DNA from: Octopus vulgaris
Taxonomy: Eukaryota
Length of the DNA: 64,000 nucleotides
Assembly (NCBI GenBank): GCA_951406725.2
Contig: OX597816.1
Span: forward strand, 35,774,001 to 35,838,000
Reading direction: 5' to 3'
Part shown: positions 52,601 to 64,000 of the stretch, piece by piece
Layout: the number at the start of each line of letters is the position of its first letter
Numbering within the stretch: the stretch's first letter is position 1
Program-made: the position numbers and the translations under genes
The notes under the pieces: generated by a model
Told to the model about the DNA's origin: nothing
The model's input: only the letters and a program-made list of their open reading frames with translations
Database searches by the model: none

Positions 52601-53349
52601 ATTTTTAAAGAGACCTGAAGATATTTAGAAATCTCATGAGACTCTGTAGTAATAAAGCCACTCAAAATAATAGTAACAGGTACTGGTACAAATATCCGCC
52701 AATAAAAGCTATTATTAGTGGTGCGGAAAAAGAAACAAAATTCTAACATGATACAAAGCAGCATGAAACATACACAAAACAGAAAATAGTTTAATTTACG
52801 AATGTAAAATAAAATCATCGTGAAAATAACGTCGACATTCTATTAAATGAACTTCGTATTTTCATTAATGATAATAACAAATCAATTTCGCAAAAACGGA
52901 TTGACAAAATGATTTGTATTACACCCACTAATACATTTACTAACCAAAATAAATGTTATTAGAGAGCATTAGCTGAATATATATGGAGTCAAGAAGTTTC
53001 GATTTCAAACTGCTGTTGAATATGAGAGGTACTACTCCCGCCTGCAATGGCAAAACCAACTAATAATTAACAATCAGCAAAATAATATCGTGTTGTGTCT
53101 AGGGAGAGTCATTCTCTTTACTGCCTTAATATTTATCTCACTCATCGGTAAAGTATACACTCATTTACTTATTTATATTACCTATCTACCTATTCGCCAC
53201 TATGTCTATCTGTTTACATTCATACCCATTTGCCTACATACATGTGCAGATACATATACGTATACAGATATACATACACACACACATACATGCATCTATA
53301 TAACAGTCCACTAAATATTCTAGCTGTATATAAATATAAACTTTGGGTA

Positions 53350-53810
53350 TGGGGGAATGACTACCTACTACATATATTTCTGTTTAGTAGTGAGGACGTA
53401 CTTCTGTATTTGCCTGAGTGTCTGGTCCTTTGGGAGTTTGAATAAAATGTGGATGTCAAATTGTGACCCACGTTGCCTCCATGTAGGTCCTTGGCATGTT
53501 GGTAGAGAATTGAGGACTGCCTTTTTGTCGTCATATTGTCTCTAATGTTTCATCTAGTCTTTCCGTAATGCTCCTAGATGTCTCTCTTAAATATGTAATG
53601 TTCATGTCTTTATGCTGTTTCTAGTTCTACAGTTTATGCCAGAGTTAATCCTACATACCATGCAGTTATCATTGTTGCATATGGTATTCTCAAAGGGGTA
53701 TGCCCTATATAGTTGTGATCTGATGCAGTTCCCTGGCTTTTCAACGATCTTTATGTTGAATTTGGTCCCATACAGACAGTATTATACAGGTATAATATTT
53801 AGTGGAATGT
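53350..53810 (-). mobile_element. Penelope-like GIY-YIG domain remnant
   Basis: NIKIVEKPGNCIRSQL..CNNDNCMVC..INCRTRN..YLRETSRSITERL..SILYQHAKDLH. Confidence 0.7.
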
Positions 53811-54820
53811 TACGTAGATGTATGTATGTGTGTATATGTATACGTATATGCATGTGCACATGTATGTAGGTAAATGGATATCAATATAAAAAGACAGACA
53901 TACAGGCGGATAGGTACGTAGGTTATATGAACAGACAAGCACACATGCATACATATATACGCAAATGAAGACAGAAACATGTGATAATGTACAGACACAC
54001 CTCACTACATATAAGGACACATATGGAGACACACACCCATACATACAAACACTACATAGTCACAAAAAACCCTTTCACGGACACACTCAGACATACACAT
54101 ACAAGGAGACAGAGGTACACACAAATGCAAACACACACACATAAAAACAGACACGAACTCACAAACACATGAATATGCAGAATACATACATACAAGCGTA
54201 CACACGTACATAAATATGTACATATGCACACACATGCATGCATATATTCACATACAAATATATATACATACATACTTGTCTATGCATGCACACACACACT
54301 GATCCACACACATGCGCACAAACAAACAGAAAGAACGCAGCTCGGACAATGGACAGAGTCAACGACTATTGAATAGGTTACAAGACTGAACGAAAGTTTA
54401 GGAAAAATTAATACGTAAATGAGTGGAAACTTTACCGGCGAGTGTGTTAAATAATAAAGTACTAAAAGAGAATGACTCTCCCCAGACACAACAAAATATG
54501 CTGCAACATACGAACTCATAGAATCTTGCAAACCAGATCCAAAAACGAAGTAAAGTAATATCTGATAAATTTTTAAATAAACTGATATAAACATTGTAAG
54601 TGCTCACTAAACGACTGTAAATATTCGATATTCAACTGAAATCATTGTTATTTTCAATATCGAAAGATTTTTTCTTTATATTATCTACATTTATATCATC
54701 AATAATTGCATATTCATATATAAATATTTTCCTACTCATCCATATGAAAATGCGTGTATATATCTATGTGTGTGTTTGTCTACGTGAATGTGTGAACGTA
54801 TATATGCATGTATACCCCCA

Positions 54821-54899
<79 letters not shown>

Positions 54900-54929
54900 A
54901 GTGTAGTTCTCTGTTTCAGTCTGTCCTAT

Positions 54930-56560
54930 ATAGTTATCCCCACAACCTGAACGGGTTATAACATGAATTAGATCCTCGCAAGCACAAATGAAGGCGGTTT
55001 CAATGGTGAACATCTCTCATTATTTGAATAGGAAACCTGTGCTGAAATACATCAAAAGTCTCATTAGAGACGTACTTGACATGCTTCAGCACCTACCAAA
55101 AACAAGTAATAAAGAGACATTATTGGTTTCCGTCGATTATATTAATCTTTACACACATTCCACATCACTATGGAATAAAAGAAATAAATGCCTGGATGGA
55201 AATATATCCTGAGCGCATGTATTCCGGAACGCATAAACATGGTTTTTATTATTGAATTTTTTAAATTTATACTTCAGAACAAATATTTCCTATTTCCTGA
55301 TATCTACTATTTTCCAAAATGCAAAATTGCGATGGGCTCGAAATTAGCTCCTGTTCTTTCGAACCTAATAATGGGATATTCTGATTTCACCATATATGAA
55401 GTGCCACTTCAAAAATATGAATATCCATTGCACCATTATGTAAGATGGAACTGAAGATACATGGGTGAATACTTAATCATTTGGAAGATAACCATTGATA
55501 AACTTTTGGAATTTAAATTAATACTAGATAAAATAACCCCTAACATACATCCGACACTATTGTGGAAATCCTTTTTGATAAATTAAAGGGAATATTGCTT
55601 TGTATGTGTTTCCGGTGGCATGAGCTCACTTTCTTGGGTATTATGATAAAAATGTCAACAACCAGCTTGTAACTGACATTTATCATATACCAACGGTATC
55701 GAAGTAATATTTCCTGTTTAGCTCATGCCACCTGAAATGCATAAAAAGCAATATCCCCTTTAATTTAGCAAAAAGTATTTCTACAATAGTGTCGGATGGA
55801 AATACTCCGAACATTCGTCTTCAAAACCTAAAAGAAATACTACGGGAAAGACAAAATCCAACCTCACTAATAGACGATGGAATTAAGCATGATAAGAAAT
55901 TGGGCATTAAAACACTTACGGTAGCAAAACGTAATACCACACCTCATCTCAAATCACTACCGTATATATCAACCCACAACCATACAATGAGGCGTACAAC
56001 GCTATTATACAAAATCTACTTGTGCTTACTAAAGATCCAAAAACGAACAACCTCTGTAAACACCTAAATTCATCAAATGCAAAAAGCCACACAAATCGCT
56101 GAAAAGACTTCTGACAAATACGAATCTTTACACAACAACCACGAAACCTACGGTTAAAGCATATGGACGCTCAAACTATGGACCTGCCCAAACCTCCTGG
56201 AAAGCACGGAATACCTATTCAGACAAGAAAAGAGTTTCACATTTATACCCAACTTCACTTGTGCTTTCGAGAGTCTAATTTATGTTATAAACTGTTCAGG
56301 TTGTTGACATATCTAGGGCAGACAAGTATGACACTGAGACCGAAACCAACCAACATAAGGAACAGATCCGGTTCCCGCAAGACAGACAGATTCTTTTGAG
56401 TTAATACATAGAGAGTTATGCAGGTAATATCCAACCAAACTTCCAAGTGTTCCCTGCCTATCAGTGCAAAGGATCAATTTCTAAACAAAAATCTTTAAAT
56501 AAAGAAAATTTGTATATGGAAAAATGCAGAACACGTCTAAATATTTACGCATAACCAACT
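54930..56560 (+). mobile_element. Decayed Penelope-like element (RT + GIY-YIG)
   Basis: LLVSVDYINLYT; IAMGSKLAPVLSNLIMG; TDIYHIPT..SCH..NIPFNLA; LPYISTHN; NFTCA..NLIYVINCSGC-like segment..YLGQTS. Confidence 0.88.
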
Positions 56561-56963
56561 TTGGTCTCAGTATATATCTTAATTCATGATCACATACACA
56601 TCGCTGTACATAATTCATCTCACTACTTTAGGTTTTTGGTTTTCGTATATATATTTATAACCTCCCCGAAAGATAAGCAATTACCTCCCCTGTCTCCAAG
56701 AATAACGATCAACAATTACCTCCTCTTAAATTTTTCTATAAATCATTAATTCACAAGCTTGTCCACACACAACATGGAAAACATGGGGTGTATGGGATGA
56801 GAATGTGGTATTTGTATATATTATTAGTTAACGTGGTAAAAATACGAAATTAAAATAGTTTCAGTGTCATGATTAGTGAAAGTGAAACAATACATTTTCA
56901 CTTATAAAATATATTTAAAAATATATTAAAACTATGTAATCCGTATGCATTTCCTTCTTTCAT

Positions 56964-57013
<50 letters not shown>

Positions 57014-57076
57014 ATTACAATTCACCATGTGGTGATAATCGAAATTCTCCTCCTCTCTTTCTCTTACAAAATGTAC

Positions 57077-57130
<54 letters not shown>

Positions 57131-57226
57131 ATCCAAACATGAAAACACAAAGAGAAAACACAACAACGCGAAGACGTGGAACAAGTATAGTGTTATTGGA
57201 CGCTCAGGAAAGTAAGAACGAAGTAA

Positions 57227-57262
57227 GACTTAAAGTTTCGAGCGGAGCTCTTCCTCAGAATC
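57227..57262 (-). ncRNA. Minimal hammerhead motif with canonical A6 core, relative of the U6 family; in pLTR-like repeat ~57128-57330
   Basis: GATT-CTGAGGA-A-GAGC-TCC-GCTC-GAAAC-TTT-AAGTC; downstream TTCCTGAGCGT..TAA.AC shared with the U6 copies. Confidence 0.55.
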
Positions 57263-57999
57263 ATAGAAAAAGGAAAGCTCCAAGGTAGGGAACACGGAGG
57301 GAAAAGATCGCCAACGATACACACGCAGCCGAAGCTATATTATTCTCCACAGGTAGAAGTATTTGTTAATTAGATGTTGAAAATGCACAGAGAACCGTAA
57401 AGGTATTTTTTAATTATTGTATTTAAAGATTTAACCGGTTTCACATCGGTTTCACGCCGGTTTACACACATTTTTTTAATGGAAACAGAAAGATGTGGTT
57501 TGTGTCACAGATGTTTTTCTTCTGACTAGTTATTTCAGTAGCTTGCCCTATTTTTATACTAAGTTCTAGGCATAAATTTCTATATGTTTTGAATAGGGTT
57601 TGATTAGTTGATGACTGATCTTAGAAATTTTTGCAGCTTTCCCACTACGTCCGTGTTTAGTGGCAAGTGACAATGTTTAGCCTCGTAAGTTAAGGCTGCC
57701 ACGGTTGATGAACAAGTTTTGTGGCAGTACTCAACGATGCTCTGAATGTTTTCTGATCAGTGTAAGCACATAAATGTGGAAGAATGTATGAAAAAGCACT
57801 GCTCGAATACCTGAGGCAGGGTAATATGCTTTATTATTAAAGCTGGAAAATAATCACAAAAATATCGTTAACAAACTGCTAGTCAGAAATTAATGTTACG
57901 GTTCGTCCGACAGCTTTGATTGAGAATCAAAATTGTCCGACGAACGGGAACGTAAATTGTTATAATATTTAATTTGCTCCTTATATCCTGCCTTACATA

Positions 58000-58229
58000 G
58001 GCGGCGAGCTGGCAGAGTCGTTAGCACGCCGGGAGAAATGCGTAGCCGTATTTCGTCTGTCTTGACGTTCTGAGTTCAAATCCGCCGAGGTCGACTTTGC
58101 CTTTCATCCTTTCGGGGTCGATAAATTAAGTACCATTTACGCACTGGGGTCGATGTAATCGACTTAATCCCTTTGTCTGTCCTTGTTTCTCCCCTCTATG
58201 TTTAGCCCCTTGTGGGTAATAAAGAAACA
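58000..58229 (+). mobile_element. SINE family B, full length, 18-bp target-site duplication
   Basis: TATATCCTGCCTTACATA at 57982-57999 and 58230-58247. Confidence 0.92.
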
Positions 58230-58699
58230 TATATCCTGCCTTACATATCTCTTTATATCCTGCCTTAGAATATCAGTAATCAAAAATCACAAAATATTAA
58301 CACTAATGTAGTAATATGTGCCTGAGTATTACCTTTGAGGATGATAGAACATAAGTTATTTCCTTGACTTTACACTCAACTGAAATTCAGCTTTTTATTT
58401 CCTATACCATAAAGCTTCAACAGATCTGAAATATATTAGCTTTCTTAGCAATCATCCTTCAGATATAACAAAAAAACCTGGTGAAGGATATACCACTCAG
58501 ACTCTCTAAATTATCCGCCAATGTTAAACTTTTCAATAGAAATGCTGATTTTATAATGCGTCCTTATGGAAGGCAGGCTATAAGGAGCAAATTAAGTATT
58601 ATAAACTTTTTGACCCCTGTTTAACATATAATAATGTGGTTGATAGTAGTTCTACACTAATAATAATAATATTATTTATAACGTTTCTTAAATAGGTAA

Positions 58700-59500
58700 T
58701 GATTAGGATAATTCCTTAAATCGAAATAGTCAAAAACCTAATCTTGGTAAATTTAAAATAAACAGTCTAAGATAGGTAACTATACTTCCCCACTCTTTTT
58801 CTGTACTGTTAATGGGAAGTTTTGCTATAAATCGCATGATCCTGGTAAAACTATTTGGTTTATTACTCCATATGGAAAGAAAATCATTAATAACCTTCCT
58901 TACCTGTTTCGTAAACCCATCGAGAGGAACTTCCCCTAAAATTCCAGGTACCGCTTAATTTTCAACTCACATGGTATCAGAACCGGTTTTTCCAACACTA
59001 ATAATCTCCTGTACGTTATATCCTCGCATAACGACTATATTCTTAACGGCAAAATGGCTTCGTTTAATAACTCTAATAACAATCATATTAATAAAGATAA
59101 TCACTTCTTAAAAAATAATATCAATAGTAATAATGCTTGTAATTGTAGTCCGAATAAAACCTCCGTTCTCAACAGAAATTTAAAGTGCTGTTTATCAATG
59201 TAGAGCATCTTTAGGAACAAAAGAATGTTTTTAAATCCGTCTTGCCTGAACAGAAATTAAAAAAAAAACGTATTGCCAACCATCTTTCTACATTTAAATA
59301 TATTAATAAAAGTAATACTGCAGGACTTAGTAAACTAATTTAGCACCTCAAAGGCAACAATAAACAATTTTCTTTGGATGGAAAAAATTTTTGAAGATTG
59401 TCTCCTTATGATAAAGGGAAATCCTTTTGTCCTCTTTATACGGAAAAAAACCCCAATTATTTATACTGTTTACCAAACACACACTAGTCAACACCTATAA
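58700..59500 (+). mobile_element. Highly decayed C-terminal part of a Penelope-like ORF (linker + GIY-YIG)
   Basis: YRLIFNSH..VISSHN..CNC..VYQC..KKRIANHLSTF..GLSKLI. Confidence 0.65.
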
Positions 59501-59783
59501 GGAGCGTGTTTATAGGTGTTTACATAGGAAAAACACACTTTCAGCGATTTCAGATAATTTTTGTCTCCTTACCTAATAATATCTACAACTTACATTTTAC
59601 TCTTTTCATCCTATACATCCCATTCTTTCCATTCTCATTCCTATCCATTCACCGATTTGATTATACCTTCGTTAATAATATAATTGTCTTTCTCTCTCCA
59701 TTATCTTCCTCTCTCGTTCTATGACGTCAAGTTTCTGAAAGGATTTTATAAAAAATTACTAGTGTTCTCTATGAACCTTGGTT

Positions 59784-59824
<41 letters not shown>

Positions 59825-59913
59825 TGACTTGGGAAAACTTCCAACCTGAGTTCTCATTCCTAAGGTATTTTTCGATGTTGTTATTATTATTATCATTATT
59901 ATTATTGTTGTTA

Positions 59914-59995
<82 letters not shown>

Positions 59996-60023
59996 TATTA
60001 TTATTAATATTATTATTATTATT

Positions 60024-60078
<55 letters not shown>

Positions 60079-60085
60079 GTAATAA

Positions 60086-60151
<66 letters not shown>

Positions 60152-60202
60152 GCATCAAAAAATACCTTAGGAATGAGAACCCAGGTTTCGAAATTTCTGT
60201 AA

Positions 60203-60245
60203 GACACCTGATGAAGGCTGGAGGGTATATCAGCCGAAACGTGTT
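60203..60245 (+). ncRNA. Minimal hammerhead motif, canonical core, cleavage triplet deleted
   Basis: GACAC-CTGATGA-A-GGCTG-GAGGGTATAT-CAGCC-GAAAC-GTGTT. Confidence 0.65.
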
Positions 60246-60925
60246 AACAACAATCAAGATGAGGACAAATATCCGTCAAACGTAAATGATATAAATAATG
60301 TACATAATTCATCATCTCTTAAATATAGAACTGCATAAAACTCTGGTTGTCAAGTGGGAAATATGGGACAAGTACAGCTGCAAAATCTGTGAGACACACT
60401 CATACACACCACGAATTCGCTCACAATACTTTGGTAGGCCGTGGCTATAGTAACAGAAAACTGCCAGATGTCACACGCAGTTGGACTGAACCCGAAACCA
60501 TGCGGCGGAGAAGCCAACTTCTCACCACCCAGACACGCATGGGTCTATAAATAGGGAAGTTAACCAAGCAGAATGCTGAACTTGACCAAAACAAAAGTAG
60601 GTTCTCCGAAAACAGTAAATATTCTTTATCAAAATAAAATGACGTCACGAAATCTGCACTCAGCCAAAACTTGTACAGGGAACCAACCGACCGACCAAAA
60701 CACTAATGCCAAAACAAAATATAATTTTTGACGAAAAACATCTGCGAAAAAGTATGACATCATCAAAATTATAAGCAATCAAAAATTAGATTCTTTTCCG
60801 TAAAAACAATATATAAACAAAAAATATCTTCCGATTCCCAAAATAGCCAGAACAGCGAAGAGAAAAGTGCACGAAGGAAAAAAGAACTACACACACCACG
60901 GCAGAAATTCTAAAAAGAAATAAAG

Positions 60926-60988
<63 letters not shown>

Positions 60989-61295
60989 TCTCTCTCTCCA
61001 TGTATTCTATAACTTTCAATGATGTACATTTTTTTTACGAACTTCGCCGAACATTTATTTTGATATTATCTATCTCTGTCGACTCATGGAAACTTCTATG
61101 CAAATTTGATCGTTTAAACACGTTTTTTCCGATTTTTACCTCGACATTTTAAACTGTGTTTTAAAAAATGGCCTTTATTTTATATATCTTTCTACCAATG
61201 ATGAACAAAAAAATTGTTGAAACTAGTTTTGTATGTGAATAAATCTATTAAAAACAACTGTATGCATATATATATATATATATATAGACACATGC

Positions 61296-61328
<33 letters not shown>

Positions 61329-61339
61329 GACACATACAT

Positions 61340-62200
61340 ATATATAGACACATATATATATATACATATATACATAGACACATATAGACACATATGAATA
61401 CCACTGAAGAAAGCATTGATCGTGTTCATACATGGTGAATGATGACAAGCCATCCACTATAAATCACATAGCTAATGTTATTTGTGTATTGCGTGAGAGG
61501 GTTGTGGATATTCTACACAATGAACTAGGCTTGAAACACGTTTCTCCTCGGTGGGCTGCATGTCGTCTGACACCTGATCAAAAGCGCACCTGGTTGACCA
61601 CATCACAGAGAAATCTGACATTTCTGGAGGCAGCTGGCTTCTTTGAGCCTTTTCTTCAGCCAGAGATAACGAGACAATCCATGAAATAGAAGCACGCCTC
61701 CTCACTACATGCTCCAATGACGATCTAGTCCTATTTATGTGCAGAGAAGGTGACAGCCTCAGATTTTGGGGATGCAAAATGCATTGTTTATAGAATATTT
61801 TCAAAAGGGCCATACCAACAATGGAAAATAATATACCAATTTGCTGAGGCAGTTACGAAAATTTATCAAGACTATACGCTCATGAAAACTGACGAAAGAC
61901 TACTTTTTTGAATACGGTACTTGCTTTCAGTGGCTGCTGACTGTGACTGTAGCTTTGAAGTAGTTGATCACTCTCCCTATTCCTCTTATTTTGCCTTTTA
62001 TAGCTATGATTTATGGCCTGACATGAAAAAGGTTTTGGCTAGGAGCCAGATGACGTCAAATCTTATGTTGATAAATTTTCACGAACATGATGAAAGCACA
62101 TTCAACAGTAGGATCCAATCATTGCAAGAGCAATGCAAAACATTTTGGTCCACTTACATGAAAGTATCTTATTCGGTGTATGGTGATTTCAGCAGAGCTT
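61340..62200 (+). mobile_element. Decayed mariner transposase remnant
   Basis: ILHNELGLKHVSPRWAACRLTPDQK (WVPxxL region); VVDHSPYSSYFA..LWPDMKK (YSPDLAP region). Confidence 0.8.
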
Positions 62201-62735
62201 CGTATTATATTTAAATTGTATTTACAAAACTTTCTTTAAAGTGTTATCCATCTTTCTAGCAATAGAAATTGGAGATAAAATTTCACTAATACCATTATGC
62301 AAAATAAAGATAAAAATGAGATAGAATTGTGCTTAAGTTAGACATTTCAGATAAAATTTATGATAACTTACGCGAAAAAACATTTTGAAGACAACCGTGA
62401 AAAGAATTAATTTCTGCTTGTTAGAATATTCTAAACGACTCAAGTATGTATTTTACAAATTTATATCTACATAAATATGCAAACTTTGATTACCATAATT
62501 TTTGAAGATTCAAGTACATCATCTTATGAAATCAGTTTTATTGAACACACTAAAACGTTTCAAAACACACACACACACACACACACAATATATAAGTTTG
62601 CGTTGCGTGTTTGAATGCAGTGTATGCATTTACATATATATGTAAATATATATAAATGTATATTTATACATAACATGTATCACAATCGTTATTGAACAGT
62701 TTATAACTCTCTCTCTCTCCCTCTCTCTCTTTCTC

Positions 62736-62736
<1 letters not shown>

Positions 62737-62767
<31 letters not shown>

Positions 62768-62768
62768 T

Positions 62769-62802
<34 letters not shown>

Positions 62803-62803
62803 C

Positions 62804-62834
<31 letters not shown>

Positions 62835-62855
62835 GGATGGATGGATGGATGGATG

Positions 62856-62906
<51 letters not shown>

Positions 62907-62920
62907 GGATATATATATAT

Positions 62921-62982
<62 letters not shown>

Positions 62983-62995
62983 GGTTGAATGGATG

Positions 62996-63027
<32 letters not shown>

Positions 63028-63048
63028 CACAGACAGGCAGTTAAACAA

Positions 63049-63141
<93 letters not shown>

Positions 63142-63157
63142 GAGATAGATAGATAGA
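62737..63157 (+). repeat. (GATA)n/(GATG)n compound microsatellite
   Basis: Direct reading. Confidence 0.97.
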
Positions 63158-63450
63158 CCATTGATTCCTATTCCCTGCTGATTCAAATTTCGAGGGCCTT
63201 AAAGGAACCTATCTCGTCAGATTGGCAATAAGCGTTGTTTCGGATTATTACCAGTCTGATGAAAAGGCTCCGATAGGGGCTTCGAAACTTGAACTAGCAT
63301 GGAATCTGAACCAAACTGTTTTGTCTAATACATGTAATCCCCCCCAAAATGTGTTGAGTGTTCTTTCTTTTGTTTGTCCACTCAGTCATATATATCCATA
63401 GATATATATCTTTGCTTAAGTTCAAAACGTTGTTTTTTCAGAAAACAAAA

Positions 63451-63623
63451 TAGGCGCAGGAGTGGCTGCGTGGTAAGTAGCTTGTTTACTAACCACATGG
63501 TTCCGGGTTCAGTCCCACTGCGTGGCATCTTGCGCAAGTGTCTTTTACTATAGACTCGGGCCGACCAAAGCCTTGTGAGTGGATTTGGTAGACGGAAACT
63601 GAAAGAAGCCCATCGTATATATG

Positions 63624-63666
<43 letters not shown>

Positions 63667-63880
63667 TTGTGTGTCTGTGTTTCTCCTTCTAGTATTGCTT
63701 GACAACCGATGCTGGTGTGCTTATGTCCCCGTAACTTAGCGGTTCGACAAAAGACACCGATAGAATAAGTACTGGGCTTACAAAAGAATAAGTCCCGGGG
63801 TCGAGTTGCTCGATTAAAGGCGGTGCTTCCTCATGGCCGCAGTCAAATGACTGAAACAAGTAAAAAAAAGAGTAAAAAGA
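63451..63880 (+). mobile_element. SINE family A, full length
   Basis: TAGGCGCAGGAGTGGCTGCGTGG..GACTGAAACAAGTAAAA. Confidence 0.9.
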
Positions 63881-64000
63881 GCTTCACCATTCCCTAGCGG
63901 AACCGGTGTCCTACACTTTGAGAAGCAGCTGGAGATAAGATAACTTGGCCAAAAGAACTGGCTAGTGCAAGTAAAAATAAATATTGAAAAAAAGCAATTG

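Overview
Eukaryotic, AT-rich, repeat-dominated DNA, probably intronic or intergenic. The SINE families and the (TA)n, (TAA)n and (GATA)n load suggest an octopod cephalopod (inference from recognition, not a search). There is no intact long CDS, and most of the ORF track is translated microsatellite. Supported content: three decayed Dong/R4-type RLE non-LTR retrotransposons; four copies of a ~555-bp non-coding element, always inside (TAA)n; several Penelope-like (PLE) RT/GIY-YIG remnants and pseudo-LTR fragments; three Tc1/mariner remnants; a hAT-like transposase remnant; an L1/Tx1-like ORF1 remnant; about 20 tRNA-derived SINE copies from three families; and a few weak candidate host exons on the minus strand. 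The most interesting signals are RNA-structural. About a dozen minimal hammerhead-ribozyme-like motifs occur, including a recurrent non-canonical core (U instead of A at position 6, all four bases seen at position 7). There is also a hammerhead-shaped junction with an unrelated core, a candidate HDV-like ribozyme at the 5' end of the Dong/R4 element, and a stack of autonomous and non-autonomous retroelements targeted to (TAA)n. All folds were done by eye and none is tested. Boundaries of decayed elements are approximate.
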